A stretch of 64,000 nt of DNA, from the NCBI RefSeq assembly GCF_009914755.1, contig NC_060933.1; one strand, 5' to 3'. This DNA comes from the human T2T-CHM13v2.0 reference genome, Homo sapiens. Of the stretch, positions 1-16,450 are shown in pieces. The notes below the pieces were generated by a model, which was given only the letters and a program-made list of their open reading frames with translations, was not told where the DNA came from and ran no database searches. Numbering within the stretch: position 1 is the first letter of the stretch; every line of letters begins with the position of its first letter. A program made the position numbers and the translations under genes.

Positions 1-427
1 CAGCCAGGAAGCTCGAACTGGGTGGAGCCCACCACAGCTCAAGGAGGCCTGCCTGCCTCTGTAGGCTCCACCTCTGGGGGCAGGGCACAGACAAACAAAA
101 AGACAGCAGTAACCTCTGCAGACTTAAATGTCCCTGTCTGACAGCTTTGAAGAGAGCTGTGGTTCTCCCAGCACACAGCTGGAGATCTGAGAATGGGCAG
201 ACTGCTTCCTCAAGTGGGTCCCTGACCCCTGACCCCCGAGCAGCTAACTGAGAGGCACCTCCCAGCAGGGGCACACTGACACCTCACACAGCAGGGTATT
301 TCAAAAGACCTGCAGCTGAGGGTGCTGTCTGTTAGAAGGAAAACTAACAAACAGAAAGGACATCCACACCAAAAACCCACCTGTACACCACCATCATCAA
401 AGACCAAAAGTACATAAAACCACAAAG
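1..427. promoter_or_regulatory. 3' half of the L1 5'UTR (antisense-promoter region, SOX site AACAAA at ~94-99)
   Basis: The offset to ORF1 places window nt 1 at about L1 nt 480, so AACAAA at ~95 corresponds to the known SOX site near L1 nt 572-577. Activity is not shown. Confidence 0.6.
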
Positions 428-1444
428 ATGGGGAAAAAACAGAACAGAAAAACTGGAAACTCTAAAACACAGAGCACCTCTCCTCCTCCAAAGGAACGCA
501 ATTCCTCACCAGCAGTGGAACAAAGCTGGATGGAGAATGACTTTGACGAGCTGAGAGAAGAAGACTTCAGACGATCAAATTACTCTGAGCTACGGGAGGA
601 CATTCAAACCAAAGGCAAAGAAGTTGAAAACTTTGAAAAAACTTTAGAAGAATGTATAACTAGAATAACCAATACAGAGAAGTGCTTAAAGGAGCTGATG
701 GAGCTGAAAACCAAGGCTCGAGAACTACCTGAAGAATGCAGAAGCCTCAGGAGCCGATGCAATCAACTGGAAGAAAGGGTATCAGCAATGGAAGATGAAA
801 TGAATAAAATGAATCGAGACGGGAAGTTTAGAGAAAAAAGAATGAAAAGAAATGAGCAAAGCCTCCAAGAAATATGGGACTATGTGAAAAGACCAAATCT
901 ATGTGTGATTGGTGTACCTGAAAGTGATGGGGAGAATGGAACCAAGTTGGAAAACACTCTGCAGGATATTATCCAGGAGAACTTCCCCAATCTAGCAAGG
1001 CAGGCCAACGTTCAGATTCAGGAAATACAGAGAACGCCACAAAGATACTCCTCGAGAAGAGCAACTCCAAGACACATAATTGTCAGATTCACCAAAGTTG
1101 AAATGAAGGAAAAAATGTTAAGGGCAGCCAGAGAGAAAGGTCGGGTTACCCACAAAGGGAAGCCCATCAGACTAACAGCGGATCTCTCAGCAGAAACACT
1201 ACAAGCCAGAAGAGAGTGGGGGCCAATATTCAACATTCTTAAAGAAAAGAATTTTCAACCCAGAATTTCATATCCAGCCAAACTAAGCTTCATAAGTGAA
1301 GGAGAAATAAAATACTTTACAGACAAGCAAATGCTGAAAGATTTTGTCACCACCAGGCCTGCCCTAAAAGAGCTCCTGAAGGAAGCACTACACATGGAAA
1401 GGAACAACCGGTACCAGCCGCTGCAAAATCATGCCAAAATGTAA
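428..1444 (+). CDS. ORF1: L1 ORF1p (RNA-binding chaperone), uninterrupted 338 aa
   Basis: MGKKQNRKTGNSK...QNHAKM; the REKG, ARREW and YPAKLS motifs are retained. Confidence 0.95.
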   Translation: MGKKQNRKTGNSKTQSTSPPPKERNSSPAVEQSWMENDFDELREEDFRRSNYSELREDIQTKGKEVENFEKTLEECITRITNTEKCLKELMELKTKARELPEECRSLRSRCNQLEERVSAMEDEMNKMNRDGKFREKRMKRNEQSLQEIWDYVKRPNLCVIGVPESDGENGTKLENTLQDIIQENFPNLARQANVQIQEIQRTPQRYSSRRATPRHIIVRFTKVEMKEKMLRAAREKGRVTHKGKPIRLTADLSAETLQARREWGPIFNILKEKNFQPRISYPAKLSFISEGEIKYFTDKQMLKDFVTTRPALKELLKEALHMERNNRYQPLQNHAKM

Positions 1445-1507
1445 AGACCATCGAGACTAGGAAGAAACTGCATCAACTAACGAGCAAAATCACCAGCTAA
1501 CATCATA

Positions 1508-5336
<3,829 letters not shown>

Positions 5337-5592
5337 ACAATGAGATCACATGGACACAGGAAGGGGAATATCACACTCTGGGGACTGTGGTGCGGTGGGG
5401 GTAGGGGGGAGGGATAGCATTGGGAGATATACCTAATGCTAGATGACGAGTTAGTGGGTGCAGCGCACTAGCATGGCACATGTATACATATGTAACTAAC
5501 CTGCACAATGTGCACATGTACCCTAAAACTTAAAGTATAATAAAAAAATAAAATAAAATAAAATAAAAAAATAAAATAAATAAAATAAAAAA

Positions 5593-6087
5593 GTAAATAG
5601 AGTAGAAAATATTCATTTCAGAAATTAAGTGTAAGTATTGTTTCATAATTTTTAAAATTAGTTATGTACACATATATGTATGTGTGTGCTGGGCCATAAT
5701 ATAAAATGTATGTCTTAATGTAGAATAAAAATGTTTGACAGCTTAAAAAAAAATTAAAAGTATGTAAGCTTATTAGAAATATTTTAAACTACCTATAGGT
5801 ATATATGTATGTAACTGAACTATCAAATGCAAGTAAGATCATTTCCTTAGCGTGTGAAATCCACTCAATTTATTAAAATATTTTCTAATATCTAAAAAAA
5901 AAAATTAAAAGCATATAAGTTTATTAGAAATATTTTAAACTACCTATAGGTATATATGTATGTAATTGAACTATCAAATGCAAGTAAGATCATTTCCTTA
6001 GCGTGTGAAATCCACTCAATTTATTAAAATATTTTCTAATATCTAAAAAAAAAAAAAAAAAAAAAAAAAAGAAAAAAAAGAAAAAAA
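5593..6087 (+). other. Putative serial L1 3' transduction tail: X-A9-Y-A11-Y'-A-rich
   Basis: X 5593-5744 has AATAAA at 5724. Y 5754-5893 has ATTAAA at 5872. Y' 5905-6044 has ATTAAA at 6023. Each signal lies 15-16 nt before an A-run. Confidence 0.75.
5754..6044 (+). repeat. Tandem duplication of a 140-bp unit separated by A11
   Basis: 5754-5893 vs 5905-6044, 4 substitutions by eye. Confidence 0.95.
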
Positions 6088-8500
6088 GTCCTGGACTAGA
6101 TGGATTCACAGCAGAATTCTACCAGACATACAAAGAAGAGCTGGTACTAATTATAGTGACATTTTTCCAAAAAGTAGAGGTAGGGAGGCTACTCCTTAGC
6201 TAATTCTATGAGACCAGCATAAGCCTGATACTACACCTGGTAGAGAAACAATGAGAAAAGAAAACAACAGGGCAATATTGCTTATGAACATCAACTCAAA
6301 AATCTTCAGCAAAATACAAGGGAATGGAATCTAGCAAAACCTCAAAAAGTTAATTCACCACAATCGAGTAGAGTTTATTCCTGGGATTTGAGATTGGTTT
6401 GATATATGGAAATCAATAAATGTGATTAACCACATAAACAGAATTTAAAACAAAAATCATATGATCATCTCGATAAGCACGAAAAAGCATTTGATAATAT
6501 CCAACATCCCTTTATGATAAAAAACCCTCAACAGGCTAGGCATCAGAGGAACATACCTCAAAATAGTAAGATACATCTATGACAATCCCACGGCTAATAT
6601 CACGTTGAATGTGCAAAAGCTGGAAGCTTTTCACCTGAGAACTAAACAAAACAATGATACCCACTCTTACCACTCCTATTCAACATAGTACTGGAAGTTC
6701 TAAGTAGAGCAATCAGGCAATAGAAATAAACAAAAGGCATCCAAATAATAATTTTAAAAATAATTCAAACTATCTCTCTTTTCTGACAATAGAATTCTAT
6801 ACCTAGAAAACCCTAAAGACTCTGCCAAATGGTTCCTAGAACTGATAAATGACTTCTGGAAAGTTTCGGGATACAGAATAAATATGCAAAAATCAGTAGC
6901 ATTTCTATACATCAATAACATTCTACTTGAGAGCCAAATTGAGAACACAATCCCATTTACAATAGCCACAAAAAAATATGAAATACCTTAGAATACAGCT
7001 AACCAAGGAGGTGAAAGATCTCTAGAAAGAGAACTACAAAACATGACTTAAAAAAATGAGAGAAGACACAAATAAATGGAAAAACATTACATGCTCATGG
7101 TTTGGAAGAATCAGTATTTTTAAAATGACCATATTGCCCAAAGCAATCTATAGATTCAACACTATTTCTATAAAATTACCAACATCCTTTTTCAAAAAAT
7201 TTTAAAAAATGCTAAAATTTATATGGAACCAGAAAAGAGCCTTAATAACCAAAGCAGTCCTAAGCAAAAAGAACAAAACCAGAGGCATTACACTACCTGA
7301 CTTCAAACTATACTATAAGGCTAGCGTAACCAAAACAGCATGGTACTGGAAAAAAAAAAAAAAAAGAAAAAAAAGACACATAGATCAGTAGAACAGGTTA
7401 GAGAGCCCAGAAATTAAGCCACACACTTACAGCCATCTGATCTTCAACAAAGCTGACAAAAACAAGCCATAGGGAAAAGACATGTTTAGTCAATAAATGG
7501 TACTTAGATAGCTGGCTAGCCATATGCAGAAGAAAGAAACAGGACCCCTACCTTTCACTTACAAAAAAATAACTTGAGGTGGATTAAACAATTAAATGTA
7601 AGACCTCGAACTATGAAAATATTAGAAGAAAACCTCAGAAATATCCTTCTCAATTTTGACTTAGTAAAGAATTTATGGCAGAGTCCCTAAAAGCAATTCC
7701 AGTAAAAATAAAACCTGACAGGTGGGAACTAATTTAAACTAAAGGGCTTCTGCAAAGCAAAATAACAACCAGCAGAGTAAACAGACAACCTCCAGTATAG
7801 GAGGAAATATTCACAAACAATGTATCCAATGAAGGTCTAATATCCAGAAACTATAAGGAACTTAAATCAACAAGAAAAAAAAAAACATTAGAAAAAGGGC
7901 AAAGGACATGAACACTTTTCAAAAGAAAACATATGAGCATCCAGCAAGCACATTAAAAAATGGTCAACATCAGTAATCATTAGAGAAATAAAAATTAAAA
8001 CCACAATGGGTTACCATCTCACACCAGTCAGAATGGCTGTTTTTAAAAAGTTAAAAAATAACAGCACTATTCACAATAGCAAAGACATGGAATCAACCTA
8101 GGTTCCCATCAATGGTGGATTAAATAAAGAAAACTTGGTACATATACACCATGGAACACTACAGAGCCATAATAAAGCACAAAAAATGTCCTTGCAGTAA
8201 CGGGGTTGCAGCTGGAGACCATTATCCTAAGTGAATTATCATGGGGACAGAACACCAAATGCCACATGTTGTCACTTTTAGGTGAGAACTAAACACATGT
8301 ACATAAAGACAGGAACAATAGAAATCTGGTACTCATAGAAGATGGGGGGAGTCATGGGCTGAAAAACTCTCTACCTGGTACTATGCTCACTAGCTGGATG
8401 ACAGAATCACGAAATAAATCATATTCCAAACCTCAGCATCTTGAAACATACCCATGTAAAAAATCTTCAATTGTATGCCCTGAATTTAAAATAAAATAAT
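6081..8500 (+). mobile_element. Older L1 (L1PA15/16-like): ORF2 RT-to-end remnant plus 3'UTR
   Basis: Starts at the [14 protein letters not shown]-coding region, includes a [18 protein letters not shown] remnant, and its 3'UTR has gggctgaaaaact..ccaaacctcagcatc..aaaataaaata. There is an internal deletion at ~8064. Confidence 0.85.
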
Positions 8501-9245
8501 AATTTTTTAAAACTTATGATCTTAACCATTTTAAAGATGCATAGTGTTATTAACTATATGCACATTTTGTGCAACGGATCTCTAGAACTTTTTTATTTTG
8601 CAGAACTAAAACTCTGTGCCCACTTTTTTTTTTTTTTTTGCCTTCTCCTTGTCCATGGTAATAACCATTCTACTTTCAGTTTCTCAGAATTTGACTACTT
8701 TAGATACTTCGAGAAGGGGAATCCTGTAGTTGTGTTTTTGTGACTAGTTTATTCCTCCTAGCATATTCTACAACACAAAGTTCATGCTGGCTGTAGGACA
8801 TGATAAGATTTTCTTCATTTTAACCCTGAATAATCATCTGTTGTATGTATATACATTTCCTTTTTCCATCCATCTGCTGATGGACATTAAGGTTTCCTTT
8901 ACATCTTGACTATTGTGAATCATATTATAATAAACATGAGTGAGTAAATATCTCTTCAATATCCTGTTTTCAACACTTTTGAATATATAACCAGAAGTGG
9001 GATTACTGGATATGGTAACTCTATTTTTTGAGGCATCCCCAAAGTGTTTTTTATAAGTGGCTCTACCAATTGGTATTACCACCCAAAATATACAACTGTT
9101 CCAGTTACTTCACATCCTCTTAACACTTGCTATTTTCTGTTTACCTGATTGTGGCCACTCTAACAGATGTGAGGTGATACTTGTGGTATTGATTTGCATT
9201 TTCCTGATGATTAGTGATGTTGAGCATATTTCCATATTCTTGTCT
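8501..9245 (-). mobile_element. Ancient L1 (L1MA/L1MB-type) 3' end
   Basis: Antisense L1 motifs: gatctctagaactt, ccattctacttt, cccagaagtgggattactggat, gatttgcattttcctgatgattagtgatgttgagcat. Confidence 0.75.
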
Positions 9246-9349
9246 GTGTGTGATTTCTCTGATTTCTTGACTTTCTAATGCATTTATATATTTACACATC
9301 CATAAAACAACCTCAGATATTTGTCCAAATTATTAGCTGCCTCTTCAAT

Positions 9350-9353
<4 letters not shown>

Positions 9354-9395
<42 letters not shown>
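9354..9395. repeat. (TG)n(CG)n microsatellite
   Basis: Read directly from the sequence. Confidence 0.95.
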
Positions 9396-10179
9396 ACCAG
9401 ACTTTTTTAGGAGCTGAATCTTTCTCTTTGGTGCCCTCTGGTGAATTTTTTTTTTAAGTTAATCTTTAGTTGCCACCACCAAGGCACATGTAGTAACAAA
9501 TCTACAGAACTAATTGCTTTATTTTCTTAGGCATAACCAAGTATGTAAATTTTTTAGCACTGTCTACGAATCATTTATCTCTCATGTTCAGCTCTGCCGT
9601 GAGGTGTGAAATTATGTCTATTTCCACGTCTGTAAGGCAATAGATCATGATGGTTCCTGTTTATCAGCTTCCCTGGATTCCTGTGAAAGAGTTATCACAA
9701 TGATATATTTTTTTAAAGTTTTGTGTAAACCCTATAGTAATTTACCCATCAAGTAACAGTCTAAGGCAGTAAGTCTTTGTTTCTTTCAAAAACCAGTAAT
9801 CTCTTGTTGGTCTTTTGAAGACAACTTCACCAGAACAATTTGTTCTAGTAATAACACAATAATTTTCAAATCTGTTTGCCAGGTAGTGGCAGTATTAATA
9901 TACCACACGTCTTTTTGTGGCCAGGGTTTCTAATTTCTTTCCATTACCTAAAGTTATTTTTTCCCTTTTATTTCCTATTACTTTTTAAAAGTTGTACAGA
10001 ATAGTTATTAAGACAACTTCTCTTAATTTTCATGGATTATAGCCTTGTAACTGCAGTTACCTCAAAGCACTGTGCTTTGAAACGAAAGTGCACGTGATAT
10101 TTACTTGGGAATAAGCTCATCTTGAAGCTATAGTCTATGTGACTTAATGGGAAAAGAATCTGCAAAATATGAGGCAACC

Positions 10180-10345
10180 TTGGAATTACACCCAGAAACT
10201 GCCATGTGTTAACTGTGTGACTCAGAGAAAATTAATTTCCTGATTTATAAAATGAGGATATTCCTGTCGTAGCAGTTTACTGTAATTGACTAAGATAACA
10301 CATCAAATTCTGGATATGTACAGTACTTGACAGTAACAATTATTA
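10180..10345 (+). mobile_element. MIR fragment
   Basis: Core-like ctgtgtgact..tttcctgatttataaaatgaggata. Confidence 0.5.
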
Positions 10346-13300
10346 GGCTGACTCAGGCTGTCTTTCTGGTTCTGTCTCTTATTACTGTATCCTCAGATCC
10401 AAGTCAATCTCTGTGAGGCTGTTTCTTAAGTACAGAAAATAGGGACACTTGGCCATTCAATCCCACTCAGTTGATACATAAATCAAATTACATAAAAATA
10501 CATGAAATTAGTTTATAAACTTAGATGATCATCATGATAATGATAAAGAAATAATATTTCCAGAATAATTGCCGGTAGGCAATTCTCTGCTGTGTTTATT
10601 TGAATGAAGCTGTTATATAGTTATATTATAATTAGCATTAGCAGAATGATTTCAAGTGCAAATTACCACAATTAATATTTATTTTTATATTATTGACAAA
10701 GGCCAATATAATAGTAGCTAAGAGTTTACTTAATCAGACAAAAAGAAAAATACTCTGAAGCAAATGTCTCTTTAATCAATTGGCAATTTCGAAGTTAAAT
10801 TACAGCATAATTAAGAAGCTATATAATAAAAGTGTATAATAAAATTATTGTTAGTAAAGATTAAGTACAAAGTAGATGGAATTTGTAAAATCTCACATTT
10901 TTTAGGATAATCTGAATAATGTCATGTACATAAATGTCTCACTTCACCCTGATAGATCCAGAATAAAATGTATTAATATGACTTTCTCACATGCCTCAAG
11001 TTAAATGTTTATAAGAACATGCTTTAAAATATGTGGAAACATAAAATTATAAGTCCCTTGTTTCATAATTATTTGTTATAAATTATAATTAAATAGAGGT
11101 ACAACTGCCAGTAGTTATCAGTTATAAAACTGAAAAAGAATAGCAAATAAATGATCTAATTTCTTTAGGAGACATGTCTTGAGTACAATTTACATCCTCT
11201 TAGGCAAAGAACAAAAGAAAAACATACATACACATTAGCCAAGATTTATATGCTATTTCTTTATGTCAAAAACTTTAAATTTATTTTTATCTAAAGTATT
11301 TTTCTGAGGATTAAGAGCTTTCTTGTAATATTGAAAATGTTGTGTTAGGTTAAAACTTGAGAATACAGTAAATTTATTAGGGGGATGCACGTTGCTTAAA
11401 ATATTAGAAAACTAATTGTCTGATGGTACATATTAAAATAAGTATTGCCTGAAACTTTTGGCCTGGTAATGCAATCTACACTGTTGATAAATTAGACTAA
11501 CAGTATGTAATGATATTAGTAAGTTTAAGGGTATTTACCAAAGCATTGTGTTTAACAGTAAACATAAAACAAAAAGAACACTATTTGTATATTGACTGTA
11601 GGAAAATTATTCATTAACAGAATAAAACACATTTAGATGATGGCACATATTTAAAGTACAGAAAAAGCAAATATATGCACATGATATAATACAGATGTGG
11701 ATAGATATACACACATAGTATATAAATATTACATATATACATTTTTGTTTAAAATGTTATGAAAAGGTACACAATAAATCTTTACTAGTCATTATTTTAA
11801 GGAAATGATACTGTAGGGACTAAAGAAAATTATTGCTTTTTCTTTAGAAACTCTTAATTAGGCTGTAATAGAAATTTGGAAATTGTGTTTACTTATAAAA
11901 TTAACCATATCAAATACAATTAAATACCAATAACAACTTGCTAGCACCTACTACATAGAAAGTATTATTCTAATTTCTATATGAGTTAGAGATTTAAAAC
12001 AAAATGATATAAACCCACACACTTCTATTAAGATTCTGTAAAAAAAAAAAAAAGACAATATTATTTTTAAAACTTGCACAAATTTTTGAAAAGCCCAGGA
12101 CATCTCTACATGCTAACAATGAAGACTGAGATTCATTTGAAGTGGTAAGAAATTCAGTGCTACATCTACCATGAAGGATTCCCAAATACAAAGAATTGAA
12201 TGTCTTCTCATGGATGATCCTAAGGTGTGTGTTGCCTCAGAGGGTATTTTCTATGGTGTGCCTTTGGAATGAGTAATTTGATTAAAGTATATTACAAAAT
12301 TTAGGTGCTCATGTGAGGCACAGCATTATATCAATGAAGATTTAGAAGAGGGGGTAGAAAAGAGATAATTATGAATTTGTTTTATTTTTCGGGCAGTGCA
12401 TGTGAAGGTTCTTAGTCCTATGTCCACCTAACATTCACATGAATGAAAGTCACCCAAAATTAGCATGACACACCAGTCTAGAGGTCCAGCATAACACAAT
12501 ATTTCACAATCTTACATTAGAAATACAATGCTAGCCAACAGATGCCATCTATTCATTATGCTGCACTCCTGGATCTGGGGCCTGGGCATGGAAATACAAA
12601 GAGAGAAGGTATATATATATATATATATATGTATATATAAAATCGAGGATTTAAGACACATGGAAAATAAACCATGAAGCGGTACTACACCTGTATTTGG
12701 CTTTCTGGATAAAGAAAATAGAGAGGAGAGAGAGGATATTAAAAAGAACATGTCTCCAAATATTATGGAATTGATTGAAAACATGAAACCTCAGATTTTT
12801 TAAAAGACCACAAGTAAAATAAATTAGGGGAAAAAAAACTATCTACAGAGATAGATCACACTGAAATTATGGAAGAACATAAAGAGGGTCTTACATGCAG
12901 CCACATAGAAAATAAAGAAAAATAAACCTATTAAAGAAGAAAGTGGAAAACTGGTGATGTAAACTGATGGTTTTAATCTAAAGCAGCAATGATAATAAGT
13001 AATTTGGGCGGTAAATATAAATATAGAAGGAGAATACTGGGAAAATATAGGATGATGAAAATGCAGACTCAATTTCAAATATTCTAAGTTCTAATATCTT
13101 TTATAAGAAATTAGAAATAAGCATACATTTTAATATTTTTAAAACTTGTTAACAATTATGAGAAACTACTAAAAGATTTGAAATAGACTAAGAACCTGTC
13201 AAATACCACAGAGGAAGAAAGCAATATAATTTTTTTAAATTCCAAAGAATTGGAAGAGAGAGAGAGAGAAAAAAAAAAACCTTTCTAATAGAAATTATGT

Positions 13301-13439
13301 ATTTAAAATGTTTTAAAGTGTTTCTTGTGTATGAAAACTCCTATCATAAGATATTTAACTACTGAAGATGTGGCATCCCTTCTTATGACATCACTGTTTT
13401 CTTAATGTTAACAGATCTTAGTAACAGATTTTAAAACAG

Positions 13440-13896
13440 GCTGCTGTTTGACTCCCTAATATCTCACTGTCTTTACTCACAAACAATGCTAAAAGCCTAA
13501 ATTTTTCTAGAAATTGATAGAAATGGGTGGCTGAGGAGGCATCAGTAAAAGCCACTGAGTGACGACTCTTCCAGGAAAGCTTTACAAAGCAGGCTTACTG
13601 TGTAAGTCTACGCATACATCTGGGCCTTTGGAGGGACTATCTTTCCTTCTTTGGAACCTACAGACTATAGCAGAGCTCCAGCAGCAATGCTATGAAAACA
13701 AGTCCATCTTCTGAATGGAATCCATAGGATTAGGATGATAGAACTGACCGCCAGAAGGAATCAGACCAACCAGCCTTGGATTGCTTCCCCCAGATTTTAT
13801 ATTTTGTGAAAAACAAACAAATAAAACTCTACCTTGTTTAAGTCACCTTCATTTTGTGTCCCTGTTAATACTGGTAAATGCAATCTTAATGCATAC
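13440..13896 (+). mobile_element. MLT1-family (ERVL-MaLR) solo LTR, degraded
   Basis: MLT1-like 3' end: aaataaaactctaccttgtttaagtcac...gcaatcttaatgcataca. Confidence 0.55.
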
Positions 13897-15360
13897 ATAT
13901 ATGTACTAGTTGAGCTTTTTGTGTTTTATCAGTGATTTTTATACTACATTGAATGCTCATATTTATATCTTTAACAATAAGTTTAAAATTGTATACATTT
14001 TTCTATTTAAATTTTTATTATTTTAAGTGACATAGTCCTTAATGTGCCAGATGAACTTTAATAGTATGCTCCCTAATTATCCAAGCACATTTCAATGTCA
14101 ACTTTTATTACATCAACCAAATATCAAGTTGATATCAACCAAAACAGGCTAAGTGTTTTTCTGCAGAGAATTTTAACAGCACAAATATGGACTCATTTCT
14201 GATATATAATCTTTCTATGATAATAATGTTTAGTAAAACCCATGATCACTGATGTAATGTTTTTTCCTGATTATGCATTTATTTACATTTCACCAGGTGC
14301 TATATCTTCCATTTCCCAGAGAAGTTAATATTTGCTTTATTCTTGTGATAAGAGTAATGATTATTATGATCTTAATTAGCGCTATAAGCTGATAGCTAAC
14401 TAACTTGCTCATTTATATATAAATTAACTATCACAAATCTTAGCTATATCAATCATGATTTGAAGTATTTTTTGCTGTCTGCCTGCCTTCCTTCTTTCCT
14501 TCTCTTTTAATTATGTAAAATATAATAAATATATTTATATGCATAAGGGATTTATTATAGTGGCTATTTCTTGTACTGAACCAATAAAACTATTCATATA
14601 AATTACTCATTTTATACTAGCATTATGTATAATGTAGCCTTTTGGTGTGTTACAAACAAGAGTTTTTTTAGTGATACACTGAGGCAGAATTCTTTGAAAC
14701 TTTTAAAATGACACACATTAAAACTAGTATAACAAGCTTAAAAAAAGTCTACCTCCAGCTTCAACTGAGAAAGAGTATCAACCACTCATGAACATTTGAC
14801 ATATCCCAAAAGCGTCCTAAAATAAGTTTCATTAATGGATGGATTAATGAGAAAAAATAATTAACCTATCTATGCTGATATGCATAAAACAGCCCAACAT
14901 TATGAAAAAATAATATCCTCCTGGACTGTGCACATCACCTGAATATGAAATGTGGAAACTGGATAGTCTCTGTAACAAGAATGCCGAGTACTTAAACGTT
15001 GCAGTGTATTGTTTGCCTATTATTATTTCTCTTATTATTTGACTAATAGGCATTTTCTAAAAAACAAGAAAGGCCATAGTAGAGCAAAGAAGGGTAGTAT
15101 CCCTAGAACTAGTAGTGTTCTGTATGTATTTGTGAGAAAGCCTTTAATATTAAGTGAAAAAAAAAAAACCTAAACATAAGATAGGCTTGTCAAGTATCAT
15201 TTGTTGGGAGCTATTGCCAAGAGCTAAACCCTACTAGATACATGTAGTTGAAAAATAGAACTGCAAGGCAGACACTATTCATTCAGGTCCCAAAGACTCT
15301 TGAAAGCAGGAATCAAGCCATCAGGAACAACTTTCTCTAACTCTCCCCATTGTTTGTTTA

Positions 15361-15660
<300 letters not shown>

Positions 15661-15759
15661 ATCTCCACACTGTCTAACCTAGAATGTGAATATATTTTCT
15701 CTCACTGCAGAACAATTTCTATCTTGTAGCTGAAAACATTCCCATCTCAATGAATATTA

Positions 15760-16450
15760 TTTGTGGGCTTACTTTGGGCACTGCCATGTTCTGGGCTTTT
15801 GAAACTCAATAAATCAACAAAACAGAAAATTTTAAAGCTCTGATAGTTTACAGAGGAAGACAGAAAATGAACTGATAATATATTATTTAGTATGTCTGGT
15901 AATGATAAGGGTTTCTGAGAAAAAGAAAGTAAGGAAAAGGTAATAAGAAAGTGAGACTGGGGGCTGCTATTTCATAAAAGGCAGTATAGAAAATATTTCT
16001 GAAGTGAGATAATACTTAAGCAGATATCTAACGGAATGAAAACAACCCATGTAGATTTTGTGGGAGGAGCCTCTCCCAGCCACAGAGAACTACAAGTGCA
16101 AGGACTCTACTGTAAAAGAGGTTTTGGGCAATTGAGTAAGAACTAGAAGTCAGTGTGACCATCCAGAGAGTGAGGGTAAAATTGAATCAGCTGAGGTCAG
16201 ATATCTAGCTTTAAGTAGAAGACCTTGTAGACCATTTAAGGACCTTGGATTCTATACCAAATCAGATGGACATCCTTTAGATGATGCTAAACATGACCCA
16301 ACTTTATTTAAACAGGATCATTGTGATTTCCTCACTGGGGAGACTCTGCAGGAGAACAAGACCAGTTTAGAAGTGGTTGCTGCAAAAGCAAATGGCAGCT
16401 TGGATCATGGAAATAGCAGTAGATATACAAAAAAAAGTGGACAGATTCTA
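15760..16450 (-). mobile_element. L2 fragment
   Basis: Degraded L2 3'-end pattern: tgaatattatttgtgggcttact..ggcactg..; gaccttgtagaccatttaaggaccttggattcta. Confidence 0.55.

Noticed and set aside
210-425. 71-aa antisense ORF in the L1 5'UTR as ORF0
   Set aside because: Same length by coincidence. ORF0 lies at L1 nt ~452-236, upstream of this window, and has a different sequence.
5754-6044. CRISPR-like or processed-pseudogene interpretation of the repeats
   Set aside because: Eukaryotic context, no repeat-spacer structure and no ORF. L1 transduction explains the layout better.
9354-9395. Z-DNA regulatory element
   Set aside because: A common microsatellite with no nearby promoter evidence.
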